DNA from: Bdellovibrionales bacterium | GTDB taxonomy: Bacteria > Bdellovibrionota > Bdellovibrionia > Bdellovibrionales > JAGQZY01 | DNA length: 64,000 bases | Direction: 5' to 3' | NCBI GenBank assembly: GCA_964230645.1 | Contig: CAXRHT010000003.1 | Span: forward strand, 640,001-704,000 | Shown: piece after piece, positions 37,014-47,315 of the stretch | Numbering within the stretch: the stretch's first letter is position 1 | Layout of the letters: the number at the start of each line of letters is the position of its first letter | Program-made: the position numbers and the translations under genes | Notes under the pieces: model-generated | Told to the model about the DNA's origin: nothing | Databases searched by the model: none | Seen by the model: the letters and a program-made list of their open reading frames with translations, nothing else

Positions 37014-38297
37014 ATGGGATTGCTCCTTGGAGGCCATGTGGAAAATCTAATATCAGGTCAATTATTTAAAAACGTTATGGCGTCGCTTGAAAACGCCGCG
37101 GATCTCATCAATTGTGATCCTAATGTTCTGATACGGTTGAAGCAGCCCAGGCGTTCCATGATTTTTAGTATTCCCGTTCGTATGGACGACGGAAATGTAA
37201 AAGTTTTTAGTGGTTACCGCGTGCAGTACTCCTCTTCTCTGGGGCCATTCAAAGGGGGAATTCGATACCACCAAGATGTGAATCTCAGTGAAGTGGCCGG
37301 TCTTGCCGCTCTTATGACTTTTAAAACCTCTCTTTTGAATCTTCCACTCGGTGGAGCCAAAGGGGGCGTGCGAGTGAATCCCGGAGAGCTTTCAAGAACA
37401 GAAAAACAAAGTTTGACTCGTCGATTTACTACAGAGCTAGGTCCTTTTATTGGACCACACGAAGATATCCCAGCTCCTGATATGGGAACGGACCCACAGA
37501 CAATGGCTTGGATGATGGACACTTACTCTCAGCAAAAAGGTTTCGCGCAACCGGGAGTGGTTACAGGAAAGCCTGTCGATATTGGTGGATCTCTTGGAAG
37601 AAATAGCTCCACCGGACACGGTGTGATTTATGTAGCCAAACAAGCCTGCGAGGCCAAAGGCATCGAATTTGAACAGTCAACGATCGCGGTTCAAGGTTTT
37701 GGTAACGTGGGACAACACGCCTGTAATTTGGCCTATAAGATGGGTGCAAAGGTGGTGGCAGTTAGTGATGTCAGTGGTGGGATCTACAACCCTGAAGGAT
37801 TGGATATCCCTGAATTGCTAAGGTATGTGAAGGAAAACAAAGTGGTCAAAGGCTTCCACGGAGCTGAGACGATTACCAACGCTGAGCTTCTTGAACTCGA
37901 GGTCACAATACTGGCTCCTTGTGCCCTTGATGGAGTGATCAATGAAAAGAACGTGGATAATGTGAAAGCAAAAATCATCGTCGAAGGAGCGAACGGACCT
38001 ACCACTATGAGTGCTGATAAGGTGCTTGATGAAAAGGGAACTTTGGTTGTGCCGGATATCTTGGCCAACGGTGGTGGTGTGATTGTGAGTTACTTCGAGT
38101 GGGTGCAGGACGTTCAGAACTATTATTGGGACGAAGAAGCTGTCGAAGAGAATATGCAAAAAACGATCACTAAAGCTTTTCAAAAGGTCTTAAAGTTTCA
38201 TCAAGAGGAAAACGTAAGCTTCAGGTCATCGGCTATGGCTGTCTCGGTTAGGCATCTTGAAAAAGCGATGCTCCTTAGAGGTCTTTATCCTCGATGA
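37014..38297 (+). CDS. gdhA: Glu/Leu/Phe/Val dehydrogenase (glutamate dehydrogenase)
   Basis: Motifs GPFKGGIRYH, GGAKGG, DIPAPDMGT, VQGFGNVG, EGANGPT, VSYFEWVQ. Likely GTG start at 37038 after GGAGG. Confidence 0.93.
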   Translation: MGLLLGGHVENLISGQLFKNVMASLENAADLINCDPNVLIRLKQPRRSMIFSIPVRMDDGNVKVFSGYRVQYSSSLGPFKGGIRYHQDVNLSEVAGLAALMTFKTSLLNLPLGGAKGGVRVNPGELSRTEKQSLTRRFTTELGPFIGPHEDIPAPDMGTDPQTMAWMMDTYSQQKGFAQPGVVTGKPVDIGGSLGRNSSTGHGVIYVAKQACEAKGIEFEQSTIAVQGFGNVGQHACNLAYKMGAKVVAVSDVSGGIYNPEGLDIPELLRYVKENKVVKGFHGAETITNAELLELEVTILAPCALDGVINEKNVDNVKAKIIVEGANGPTTMSADKVLDEKGTLVVPDILANGGGVIVSYFEWVQDVQNYYWDEEAVEENMQKTITKAFQKVLKFHQEENVSFRSSAMAVSVRHLEKAMLLRGLYPR

Positions 38298-39301
38298 CCC
38301 CAGAGAGAACCAGTCGTCTATTTCGCCCGTGGTTATGGCTGCCTTCTCGTTTGGCTCATGATTTAGCTCCTTACACTCTTCCACTTGCGGCAAAGCTTTT
38401 TCAAAAGGGAAGTTATGAGTATCGTCCTTTACAGTGGCGAGGCCTCACCTTTAAAAACCCCATGGGATTAGCTGGGGGTGCTGATAAATCTGGTAAAAGT
38501 TTAAAAGCTTGGGAAAGTTTAGGTGTGGGGTTTCTTGAAGTAGGAACAGTCACTCCCAAGCCTCAGGGGCCCAATCCCGGTAAGATCATGGACCGAGACC
38601 TTAAGCACTCAGCTCTTTGGAATAAAATGGGGTTTCCTAATCCCGGTCTTGAAACTTTGGTTTCACAGCTCGAAAGGAAAAGCTTCAAAGTTCCCCTGTT
38701 TATAAATATTGGTAAAAACCGGTGGACGAAAAACGAAGAGGCCTATCTTGATTATGCGGCTTGTATGAAAGGCTTATACAAGTTTGCCGATGCTTTTGTG
38801 GTGAATCTAAGCAGTCCCAATACGAAAGGTCTTCGCGATCTTCTTGAAAAAAAGCCTCTGCAAGAGTTCCTAGAAAATACGGCCGGGCAAATGAAAGAGC
38901 TAAAAATAGAAAAACCTCTTTTGTTGAAGTTAAGCCCCGATATGGCTCCGGAGGCATTGCAAGCAACCCTTGAGAACTCCGCCAGTTTTGTGGATGGATG
39001 GATATTAACCAACACCACAAAGTCTCGTTTTCCCGGATGTCCTTTTCCAGAAGAAGAGGGAGGCCTCTCTGGAGCGCCTTTAAAAACTTTATCTCTACAG
39101 GCGCTCAAGACAGCTCAGCCGATAAAGAAAAAAAATCCCGATAAGCTTTTGATTTCTGTGGGTGGTATTGGGAGTGCGGAAGATGTCAAAGAGCGACTTG
39201 AGTGCGGGGCTGATCTTGTGCAGTGCTATTCGGCACTCGTCTTTCACGGCCCTGGATTTTTCAAGAATGTTTTAAGTCAGCTGCAATCAAATCAATCTTA
39301 A
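38294..39301 (+). CDS. pyrD: Quinone-dependent dihydroorotate dehydrogenase
   Basis: Motifs NPMGLAGGADK, EVGTVTPKPQ, NKMGFPN, VNLSSPNT, KLSPD, TNTT, GGLSG. Confidence 0.95.
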   Translation: MTPERTSRLFRPWLWLPSRLAHDLAPYTLPLAAKLFQKGSYEYRPLQWRGLTFKNPMGLAGGADKSGKSLKAWESLGVGFLEVGTVTPKPQGPNPGKIMDRDLKHSALWNKMGFPNPGLETLVSQLERKSFKVPLFINIGKNRWTKNEEAYLDYAACMKGLYKFADAFVVNLSSPNTKGLRDLLEKKPLQEFLENTAGQMKELKIEKPLLLKLSPDMAPEALQATLENSASFVDGWILTNTTKSRFPGCPFPEEEGGLSGAPLKTLSLQALKTAQPIKKKNPDKLLISVGGIGSAEDVKERLECGADLVQCYSALVFHGPGFFKNVLSQLQSNQS

Positions 39302-39368
39302 AAAGAAATGGCATAAGACCATGAGTCAGACCATGACAGGTTGGACTCGCTGGGATAACCTATAAAAC

Positions 39369-39779
39369 ATGGCTCATAAAAGACCCACATGGATACCTGT
39401 TGTTACTGCGATGATTCGTAAGGGCCCCTATGTGCTCGTTGGCCAGCGTCCCGAGGGGCACACCCTAGCAGGCCAGTGGGAGTTTCCAGGGGGCAAGGTA
39501 GAAATTGGAGAATCACCCGAAGAGGCCCTGGCAAGGGAGCTTCAAGAAGAGTTGGGAATTGAAGCCGAAATTGGTTCTATAAAAATGGCCTGCACTCATT
39601 CCTACCCTGAAGTAGGAATTCTCCTCGTCTTTTTTGAAGTACAATTTTGGAAAGGGGAGCCCAAACCTGTTCATCATTCTGACCTAAAATGGGTTCTTCC
39701 CGAAGAATTGAAAAAACTCAACATCCCAGAAGCCAATCGAAAACTCTTACCCACAATCCTAGATATCCTCTCTACCTAA
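39369..39779 (+). CDS. NUDIX hydrolase, MutT/NudG-like (d)NTP pyrophosphohydrolase
   Basis: Nudix box WEFPGGKVEIGESPEEALARELQEELG. Confidence 0.92.
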   Translation: MAHKRPTWIPVVTAMIRKGPYVLVGQRPEGHTLAGQWEFPGGKVEIGESPEEALARELQEELGIEAEIGSIKMACTHSYPEVGILLVFFEVQFWKGEPKPVHHSDLKWVLPEELKKLNIPEANRKLLPTILDILST

Positions 39780-39781
39780 AA

Positions 39782-39902
39782 GTACCTGCTTCCCAATGGT
39801 AGCAATATCGCGTTACCCAAGGGCACCTGCTTCCCATTGGTAGCAATAGAGCGTTAATTTCCATCGATGACGCGGAAGCGCTACCAATGGGAAGCAGGTA
39901 CC
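39782..39902. repeat. REP-like element: two direct ~34-bp copies plus one inverted copy
   Basis: GTACCTGCTTCCCAATGGTAGCAATATCGCGTTA (39782) and GCACCTGCTTCCCATTGGTAGCAATAGAGCGTTA (39823), then inverted GCTACCAATGGGAAGCAGGTACC (39880-39902). Confidence 0.88.
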
Positions 39903-39944
39903 TTTCCTTTCAAGCGGGAGGGTTTTTAGTTAGACTGGTTCTCT

Positions 39945-41201
39945 ATGGCCAAAAAGAAAGTGCCCCAAAAACTAAAAATCTGCCTTGTGGCTGAGAAGTT
40001 TCCCATTATTGGAAGAACTCATGCTCGTGGATTTATAGCACCCATCGCTACGGGCTTAGCGAGAGCGGGGCACGAGGTTTCGGTGATTGCGTGGAGCAAT
40101 CCTCTTGGAGAAACCGAAATCGAACAAGAGGGAATTAAAACTTATTTTGTGGCCGGAGCCAATTCTAGTCGCATTGGTCTTTTCCCGAGGCGAGTGCATC
40201 AAAAGTTCACTGAGCTTCACAAAAAAGAAAAATTTCATATTTTACACTCCCTCTCCCATGCGGCTTACCAGGTCAGCTCGGAGAGAAAGCAGCTGGGAAT
40301 CGCCGTAGCCTATGATGTTACGGCGACGAAGATGGCTGAGATTTTTTCAATTTATGGCCTGGCAGAGAACAGTGTTCCCAGTCAGCTCAAAACAGCCTAT
40401 AAAGTGGCCTATCATTTCTTAAAAACTTTTTATTTTAGAGACCGCAAGATCTTACGAAACGCCGATGGCGTTTTTGCTCATAGTCCTCAGCAGATGTTGG
40501 CTTTGGAACGTTATTATCTTTATCCCGAGCGAAAAAGCTTTAATATTCCCTATGGAATTGAAATCGAAGATCTCTCACCCAGACAGCGATCCGAAGAGTT
40601 AAGAGAAAAGCTTAAAATTCCAAAGTCAGCCAAAATCGCTGTGACAGTCACGGATATGATTGAAAAGCAGGACGTCATAAATATTCTAAGAGCTTTTCAA
40701 ACAGTAGCGACCAAAAAGCCATCCTCCCATCTAATTGTTGTGGGGAAGGGGCCAGCTTTCAAAGATATTGAGTATGAGCTTCTTACTCTGGCTTTGAGTA
40801 GTCATGTCACCTTGGTGGGCTCTGTTCCAGCCTTTGAAATTTCAAGTTATATCGATCTGGCTGATGTTTTTATCAATATTGGGGGACGCTCCAGTGGCTA
40901 TGATCCCAATTTGCTTGAGGCCATGATTCAAGAAAAAATCATCATTGGTTCAGAAGTGAGCCCCATTGCCACTGTTGTGGAAAACGGAGTGGATGGCTTC
41001 CTCATTCGACCCGCTGACACCTTCAGTCTTTCCGAGCTTCTATTGGGCCTTTTCTTAGACCAGATCAAGCCTGGGTTTATGGGGGAGAACGCTCGAAAAA
41101 AGGCTCTCGATATTTTTGATACCAAAAAGATGATTCAAGAGACCGTTGAGGCCTATGAAGACATCCTAAGCCGAACAAGATGGGTGCAACTTAAGCAATA
41201 A
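39945..41201 (+). CDS. Glycosyltransferase family 4 (GT-B)
   Basis: Motifs GLARAGHEVSVI, IPYGIE, LIVVGKGP, ADVFI, LLEAM, VENGVDGFLI. Confidence 0.9.
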   Translation: MAKKKVPQKLKICLVAEKFPIIGRTHARGFIAPIATGLARAGHEVSVIAWSNPLGETEIEQEGIKTYFVAGANSSRIGLFPRRVHQKFTELHKKEKFHILHSLSHAAYQVSSERKQLGIAVAYDVTATKMAEIFSIYGLAENSVPSQLKTAYKVAYHFLKTFYFRDRKILRNADGVFAHSPQQMLALERYYLYPERKSFNIPYGIEIEDLSPRQRSEELREKLKIPKSAKIAVTVTDMIEKQDVINILRAFQTVATKKPSSHLIVVGKGPAFKDIEYELLTLALSSHVTLVGSVPAFEISSYIDLADVFINIGGRSSGYDPNLLEAMIQEKIIIGSEVSPIATVVENGVDGFLIRPADTFSLSELLLGLFLDQIKPGFMGENARKKALDIFDTKKMIQETVEAYEDILSRTRWVQLKQ

Positions 41202-41329
41202 CTTTGATTTGCTCAAATATTATGCAATCGCTAGCCCTTAGTCTTCGCATAATGCTTATTTCCTTGGTCTTCAGAGCAGGACTGGTATAATTTAATAAAT
41301 ATATTAATAAGTTAAAGGATGCCGACAAA

Positions 41330-41608
41330 ATGACAAAAGCCGACTTAATCAATCATATTTCTGAGAAATCTGGAATCACTCGGGTTAAAGCGGAAACAGT
41401 AGTGAACACTATTTTTGATTCCATGGTGGAAGCTCTGTTGAGAAATGATCGGATTGAAATCCGTGGTTTCGGCTCTTTTACCAATAAAGCCTACGATGCC
41501 TACCAAGGTCGTAATCCAAGAACAGGCGAAGTGATCCATGTTCCGGAAAAAAAGCTTCCCTTCTTTAAAGTGGGCAAAGAATTGAAAGAAGATATCAATA
41601 AAAGCTAA
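41330..41608 (+). CDS. Integration host factor beta / HU-family DNA-binding protein
   Basis: Motifs MTKADLI, RIEIRGFGSF, GRNPRTG, PFFKVGKELKE. Confidence 0.95.
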   Translation: MTKADLINHISEKSGITRVKAETVVNTIFDSMVEALLRNDRIEIRGFGSFTNKAYDAYQGRNPRTGEVIHVPEKKLPFFKVGKELKEDINKS

Positions 41609-41681
41609 TTTTTCCTGGGCCTAGGCCCGGTTCCTTTCGTTTTACATCATTCTTTTTCGATATTTACCGATATAGAATCTG

Positions 41682-42647
41682 ATGAGTAAGAAAAAGAAAA
41701 AACTCTCAGATGAACTTCTTGATATGAAGCTGAGCGAATCCGACGACATGAGTTTGGATTCGGCGGCTTTAGATATCGATTTAGACAACGTCGAGCCCGA
41801 TGTTTCTAATGAAGAGGACGAAGGTAAAACCAAGGCCAGTGGCAAAGATCAGACCATTCGTTTAATACACACATCAACAGGTAAACTTCCTCCTTCGCCG
41901 AACAAAGTCGAAGAAAAAAAAGAAATCAATGAGTCAAAGGAGAGTGCTCATAATTATCATGAGGAAGTTAAAGTTTCTTACGGTTTGCCAGCAAAGCAGC
42001 AAGCTCCAAGATCCAACTTTGAAAGTTATGACACTGGAGAAGGACAACTCAAGCAATCTGAGCACTTACGAATCGCTCAACGAAAAATCAACGATTTAGA
42101 GGATGAAGTTTCCAAACTCCGTAGGGAAAACGAAGAGTTAGCTTCGGCCGGTGAAACTTTTCGCAAACTCAACGATGAGTACTATCATGAGATCGAAAAT
42201 CTAAAATCTAAAAGCCAAGATCAAAAGCTAACGGCCAATCAGGAGATCAAGCTTTTAAAACGAATCAATCAAAATAAAGAGAAAAACATCACAGAGCTCA
42301 AGCAGCAAATCGACGAATACAAATCGAGAATTGATAACAATTTCCACCGAGTGCGCAAAAGGGAAAAAGACCTTGAGCATCGCTTGGAAATCGCCAAGAT
42401 CGAAGAAGCCGCCGTGGTGAAAAGTAAGGATCAGTTGATTCTTGATCTTAAGCGAAGAATTGATGAGGTTTCCACCGAATCAGAAAATTTCCGCAAGAAA
42501 AGTCAGGAGAACTATAAGGAGCTGCAGAAAAAGCAACAAGTGGTACGTGGAGTGATTCGAGCCCTAAGAATCGCTCTTACCAAACTAGAAGGGGATGACG
42601 ACAGTGAATACACAAGCGAGATAACAGACAGTGGAATCGATGAATGA
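41682..42647 (+). CDS. Hypothetical coiled-coil protein with acidic disordered N-terminus
   Basis: Long heptad-repeat region; overlaps the next gene. Confidence 0.8.
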   Translation: MSKKKKKLSDELLDMKLSESDDMSLDSAALDIDLDNVEPDVSNEEDEGKTKASGKDQTIRLIHTSTGKLPPSPNKVEEKKEINESKESAHNYHEEVKVSYGLPAKQQAPRSNFESYDTGEGQLKQSEHLRIAQRKINDLEDEVSKLRRENEELASAGETFRKLNDEYYHEIENLKSKSQDQKLTANQEIKLLKRINQNKEKNITELKQQIDEYKSRIDNNFHRVRKREKDLEHRLEIAKIEEAAVVKSKDQLILDLKRRIDEVSTESENFRKKSQENYKELQKKQQVVRGVIRALRIALTKLEGDDDSEYTSEITDSGIDE

Positions 42648-43947
42648 TCTAAATATTGCTTTGCTTTCGTGCTCTCATCTCACTGAAAGGGTAGAAGAGG
42701 AGTACACGCGCATCTATCAGGTCCAGAACTTGAAGGACTTGGTTCGCCTTCTTATTGAAAAACCAGTGGATCTGGTGATCCTTCCTCAGCATTTTAATGC
42801 TCTCGATAAACTGGGAAAGATTTTCGTTTCTTACAAAGTCCCTTTTATATACGTCCACAGTGGAAAGAATTCTCAGCAATATGTGGAGGACTATCTTCAT
42901 CCTATTGAAAAAGAAGAGCAAATATTATCAACCATTCAGAAGCTAAGGCCTCAAATTGCGCAGCTACGGGTGCAAAGGGAAAACGACAAACTAAAATTTC
43001 TCACGGAAAAAATGGTTCATTTTTCCGACCGAGTGACTCATACTGGTAAGGACCTTTTTATCTCTGAAGTAAAATCCTATTTTAATAGATCTTTTAAAAT
43101 GGAGAGCTGTCACTGGGTTGAGGTAAAGGCGGGGTCGTCTAAACTTCCTCCTATATTAAAACTAAAACAAGAACTGGAAAAACTAAAAATTGATCAAGGC
43201 GCCCTGATTGCCGATCTGGAGAAATGCTCTTTAGAAATTGTTAAAGAGGAGAATTTTCAAATTTGGAAAAACTCTCAAGGTGACTACTTGGTAATGGTCT
43301 GGTTGGCTCATGAGGACCACCTCAGTCAGTGTTTAATTCTCAATAAAGTAAAGATACGCAATCAAAAAAACTTTAAAGAATTAATGCAAAATCTTCATTC
43401 CTTTTTACAAAGGCGCTGGAATATCTGCCTTCAAGTCGGCGAAACACTCAAACAGGTTTATCGTGACAGTCTCACCGATCTTTATAACCAGCGTTTTTTA
43501 ACAGAAACCCTGGCTAAGAAGATTGAGGAATATAAGCGCTACAACACTCCTTTTTCAGTTCTATTCATCGATGTGGATCATTTCAAGAGAGTGAATGATT
43601 CTCTCGGTCACCTAATTGGATCTGGTGTACTAAAAGAGCTGGGGGACCTGCTGAAAAGGCAGATTAGGAACTCAGACTACGCCTTTCGTTATGGTGGGGA
43701 TGAATTTATCATTCTTTTGAGTCATACTGAAGGTCAGGACGCTGTGAACGTGGCCGAACGTATCCGGCGAGAAGTGGAAAATTTCCCATTCAAACAGCAG
43801 GGGATTCAGGTTCGAATCACTGTCAGTATTGGACTCGCCTTTTACCCGAAGCACGCTCAGTCGGCTGAAGAAATAATTAGAATCGCTGATGAAGCGATGT
43901 ATTACGGTAAAAATAAAAGTCGAAATATTGTATACAAAGCAAGTTAA
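42640..43947 (+). CDS. GGDEF diguanylate cyclase with degenerate receiver-like N-terminus
   Basis: DSLTDLYN, FIDVDHFKRVND, RNSD (RxxD I-site), YGGDEF. Confidence 0.92.
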   Translation: MNDLNIALLSCSHLTERVEEEYTRIYQVQNLKDLVRLLIEKPVDLVILPQHFNALDKLGKIFVSYKVPFIYVHSGKNSQQYVEDYLHPIEKEEQILSTIQKLRPQIAQLRVQRENDKLKFLTEKMVHFSDRVTHTGKDLFISEVKSYFNRSFKMESCHWVEVKAGSSKLPPILKLKQELEKLKIDQGALIADLEKCSLEIVKEENFQIWKNSQGDYLVMVWLAHEDHLSQCLILNKVKIRNQKNFKELMQNLHSFLQRRWNICLQVGETLKQVYRDSLTDLYNQRFLTETLAKKIEEYKRYNTPFSVLFIDVDHFKRVNDSLGHLIGSGVLKELGDLLKRQIRNSDYAFRYGGDEFIILLSHTEGQDAVNVAERIRREVENFPFKQQGIQVRITVSIGLAFYPKHAQSAEEIIRIADEAMYYGKNKSRNIVYKAS

Positions 43948-45029
43948 TGAAAAAGAAGATCAAGCTCATAGTTAGTGATATGCACCTCGGAAAAGGCAAA
44001 GTCCTTGAAAATGGCTCTGTGAACCGTTTTGAGGAGTTCTTCTTTGGTGAAAAGTTCGCAGAGCTTCTCGACTACTACACTTCCGGTCAGTTTCGTGATT
44101 ACTCAGTCGAGTTAATTATTAATGGCGATTTTCTGAACTTCTTGCAGGTGGACTATAAGGGCCATTTTCTTACGGTTTTTACTGAGGACGTTTCTCTTGA
44201 AATTTTAAAAGACATCGTTGATGGGCAGCCGGAGGTATTCGAAGCCCTCAGGCAGTTTACTGCTAAAGAGGATAATCTGGTCACCTATGTCGTTGGGAAC
44301 CACGATCAAGCGATGCTGTGGCCCAAATTGCGCTCCTATCTTAATGAGATCGTTGGAGTCCCCATCCGTTATAAAAGTATCGTGCACTATTTTGATGGCA
44401 TCCATGTGGAGCATGGTCATATGTACGAAGCGGCCAACAGAATCGATCCTAAAAAATTCTTTTTGAAGCGGGATCTTCCAGTGCCCATTCTCAATCTTCC
44501 CTTTGGGTCTCACTTCTTTGTAGATTTCGTTATGAAGATTAAAGAGAAGCACCCCCATATCGATAAAATTCGTCCCTTTCGACTTTTGGTTCGATGGGCC
44601 ATAGTGAATGAGTTTTGGTTCACCTTGAAAAGCCTTTTTGCGCTGATTGCCTATTTCGCAAAGTCTGCTCTTTTGAGTGACCCGAGAAGACAGTTTCCCT
44701 TTAGTCGTATTTTGAAGGTCTTTTTAGAAAGTGCCATTTTTCCAGATCTCAGTGATTCAGCAAAAAAAATTCTCAACGACGAAAGAGTGCATACCGTAAT
44801 TTTTGGTCATACTCACGTTTATCTCTACCGTCAGTGGAGTCGGGACAAAGAGTATTTTAATACAGGTACCTGGACCGAGCTCACCTCCCTTGATGTCAGC
44901 TCCCTTGGAAAGATTACAAAGCTCACCTACGTGCTCGTCGAGTACCCTGAGAATGCTGAGCGCCCGTTCTGTCGACTTAAAGAGTGGAAGGGCTATCACA
45001 GGATTGAAGAAGACGTAGTCATTGCCTAA
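43947..45029 (+). CDS. Calcineurin-like metallophosphoesterase
   Basis: Motifs SDMHLG, NGD, GNHD, EHGH, FGHTH, YFNTGTW. Confidence 0.9.
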   Translation: MKKKIKLIVSDMHLGKGKVLENGSVNRFEEFFFGEKFAELLDYYTSGQFRDYSVELIINGDFLNFLQVDYKGHFLTVFTEDVSLEILKDIVDGQPEVFEALRQFTAKEDNLVTYVVGNHDQAMLWPKLRSYLNEIVGVPIRYKSIVHYFDGIHVEHGHMYEAANRIDPKKFFLKRDLPVPILNLPFGSHFFVDFVMKIKEKHPHIDKIRPFRLLVRWAIVNEFWFTLKSLFALIAYFAKSALLSDPRRQFPFSRILKVFLESAIFPDLSDSAKKILNDERVHTVIFGHTHVYLYRQWSRDKEYFNTGTWTELTSLDVSSLGKITKLTYVLVEYPENAERPFCRLKEWKGYHRIEEDVVIA

Positions 45030-45097
45030 TTCCGACAAATTTCGTAGAACTAGACTCTAATAAAACACCTAGAATTATTTGGATAAAAAAGGATTCA

Positions 45098-46321
45098 TTG
45101 ATGTGGAAGATCAGCTCTCCAGAACCCATGGACATATCTCTTCAAGATGAAGTGAGCGAAGCCTTTGAAGCTCTTTTAAAAAGAGAAGATCTGGGTTTCT
45201 TTCAAATGGATCTGATGAAAAAGTCTATCACAGACACAAAAGGAGCCTCCCCATTTTTAAAAAATAAAAAGGGGCTTGTGGTCATTGGCCTTGGGGGGAG
45301 TTCCCTCGGAACGAAAGCCATCAGTGCCGCTCTTTGCCCGGGCCAAACTCGGCTACACTTCCTCGATAATGTTGATGGTCAAAGCCTCGATCAGTTTCTA
45401 GAGGCTCTTGATGAACCGGAAAGTTGGGGCTGGGTTCTTTGTTCAAAAAGTGGTGGAACCATCGAGGTTACGACCCTTTTTGACTACTGCTATTTGTGGT
45501 TAAAAGAGAAACATAATATTTCCATCCTTGAAAACACCCTGGTTGTCACTGAGGAGAAGCCAAGTCTTCTTTTTGATTTAGCAAAAAAGGAGAAACTTCC
45601 ACTTCTGCCTATGCCAAAAAATATTGGAGGGCGCTTTTCGGTTTTCACTTCTGTTGGTCTTTTTCCACTGTCCTTTTTGGAGCTGAATTTAAATAAATTT
45701 TATGCAGGTTTTGAAGCCTGTTTGAATGAAAAAAAATTAGTTATCGAATTGGCGACGCGTCTCATGACATCAGTACAAAAGCAAGATCAAAGCCTTTACT
45801 TCTTCCAGTACTCTGATCAACTCACTCAGTGGTCATTATGGCTGCAACAACTTTTATCAGAATCATTAGGAAAAAAACAAACTCGCGATTCTGGACAAGC
45901 TCCTAACTTTCCCACAGTCGTCCCTTGTCGAGGCGCTTCGGATCAACACTCCGTCCTTCAGCAAATTATTGAAGGTCCCCAAAAAAACTTTTGCTGCTTT
46001 CATCGTGTCGAAAGCTCAGAAGTTTCCATGAAAACTATCAAAGAGTCTCTTTTCGGTGAGTCTCTACTCATTGGAAAGAGTCCTGGTGAGCTTTTAGGGG
46101 TGGAGGCCGAGGCTACCCAAAAGGCCATGACCGAGTCTCAAATCCCTACAATGGTCCTTAAAACACAGAAATTAGATGAAGAATCTCTGGGCTATTTAAT
46201 GGCGGCTTGGATGCTCTCTACAGGGGTTTTAGGCGAGATGATGAATATAAACGCCTTTGACCAGCCAGGAGTCGAGTCCGGGAAATCCATTGCTCGTCGT
46301 GTTTTGAGTCAAGTCAATTGA
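45098..46321 (+). CDS. pgi: Glucose-6-phosphate isomerase
   Basis: Motifs IGLGGSSLG, SKSGGTIE, IGGRFSVF, ESLGK, GASDQHS, NAFDQPGVESGK. Confidence 0.93.
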   Translation: MMWKISSPEPMDISLQDEVSEAFEALLKREDLGFFQMDLMKKSITDTKGASPFLKNKKGLVVIGLGGSSLGTKAISAALCPGQTRLHFLDNVDGQSLDQFLEALDEPESWGWVLCSKSGGTIEVTTLFDYCYLWLKEKHNISILENTLVVTEEKPSLLFDLAKKEKLPLLPMPKNIGGRFSVFTSVGLFPLSFLELNLNKFYAGFEACLNEKKLVIELATRLMTSVQKQDQSLYFFQYSDQLTQWSLWLQQLLSESLGKKQTRDSGQAPNFPTVVPCRGASDQHSVLQQIIEGPQKNFCCFHRVESSEVSMKTIKESLFGESLLIGKSPGELLGVEAEATQKAMTESQIPTMVLKTQKLDEESLGYLMAAWMLSTGVLGEMMNINAFDQPGVESGKSIARRVLSQVN

Positions 46322-46352
46322 GTTCCCCTATAAAAGCACCTATCATTTCTAT

Positions 46353-47315
46353 ATGGGTGACAGTAAGAAATTAGAAGAATTTTTTGACGACTTTGAAACA
46401 AACACCGAGGAGAAGACCTCGATCGTTCAAGGCGGAACTTTTTCTAAGCGTATGCAACAAGCTGAAAAAGTTCCACCCAGCCTCGTGCTTTTGATGGGGC
46501 CGGCTGGTTATGTCAGTCGTCAATGGACGATTGATAACTCCGATATCATTATTGGTCGTTCCATGACATCTTCTATTTTTATTGATGATCGCAGTGTTTC
46601 AAAATCCCATGCAAAGCTCACCGTTTCTTTTGGTGAAGTGGCTATCATTGATCTTGATTCCACCAATAAGACTGTTGTCAATGGTACAGCCATTCCACCT
46701 TTTGTTCCCAAGAAATTAGAGAATAATGACCAAGTGAAAATTGGAAATGTCCTTTTCAAATATTTAGAAGAGGGAAGTATCGAGGCAGCCGCCCATCAAA
46801 ATCTACAATTAAAAAGTGAGAAAGATCCGCTCACAAAAATTTGGAACAAAGGGGCCTTACTTCTTAAGGGGCCGGAGTTCTTTAAAAGAGCGAAGCTTTT
46901 AGAGGTACCTTTGAGCCTTCTCGTTTTTGATTTGGACCATTTTAAAAAAGTGAATGATAACTTTAGTCACCAAGCCGGTGATTACGTTTTAGAAGAAACG
47001 GCGAAAATTATCCAATCAAAGCTTATTAGAAATGACGACTACTTCGCAAGATTTGGTGGAGAAGAGTTTGTGATTCTTCTTTTTGGCTCCAATATCCAAC
47101 AAGCTGAAGAGATTGGCGAGCGCATCCGCGCCACTATTGATAAGCATCAGTTTGTTTTCGAAAACGAAGAGCTCCCTGTCACTGTTTCCATTGGAATCAG
47201 CAGCCAAGAAGAAAAAATGGCTTCCTTTGATGAGCTTTTCGCTAAGGCTGATTCGGCTCTTTACGCCTCGAAGAACTCTGGGCGCAATCGTGTCACTGTG
47301 TTAAAGTCAGAGTAG
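46353..47315 (+). CDS. dgcB: FHA-GGDEF diguanylate cyclase (Bdellovibrio DgcB-like)
   Basis: N-terminal EKTSIV, FHA domain (IGRS...SVSKSHA...STNKT.VNG), RNDD I-site, FGGEEF; directly downstream of pgi. Confidence 0.85.
   Translation: MGDSKKLEEFFDDFETNTEEKTSIVQGGTFSKRMQQAEKVPPSLVLLMGPAGYVSRQWTIDNSDIIIGRSMTSSIFIDDRSVSKSHAKLTVSFGEVAIIDLDSTNKTVVNGTAIPPFVPKKLENNDQVKIGNVLFKYLEEGSIEAAAHQNLQLKSEKDPLTKIWNKGALLLKGPEFFKRAKLLEVPLSLLVFDLDHFKKVNDNFSHQAGDYVLEETAKIIQSKLIRNDDYFARFGGEEFVILLFGSNIQQAEEIGERIRATIDKHQFVFENEELPVTVSIGISSQEEKMASFDELFAKADSALYASKNSGRNRVTVLKSE

Noticed and set aside
39782..39902. Possible mini CRISPR array
   Set aside because: Only two direct copies with a 7-bp gap, the third copy is inverted, and there are no cas genes
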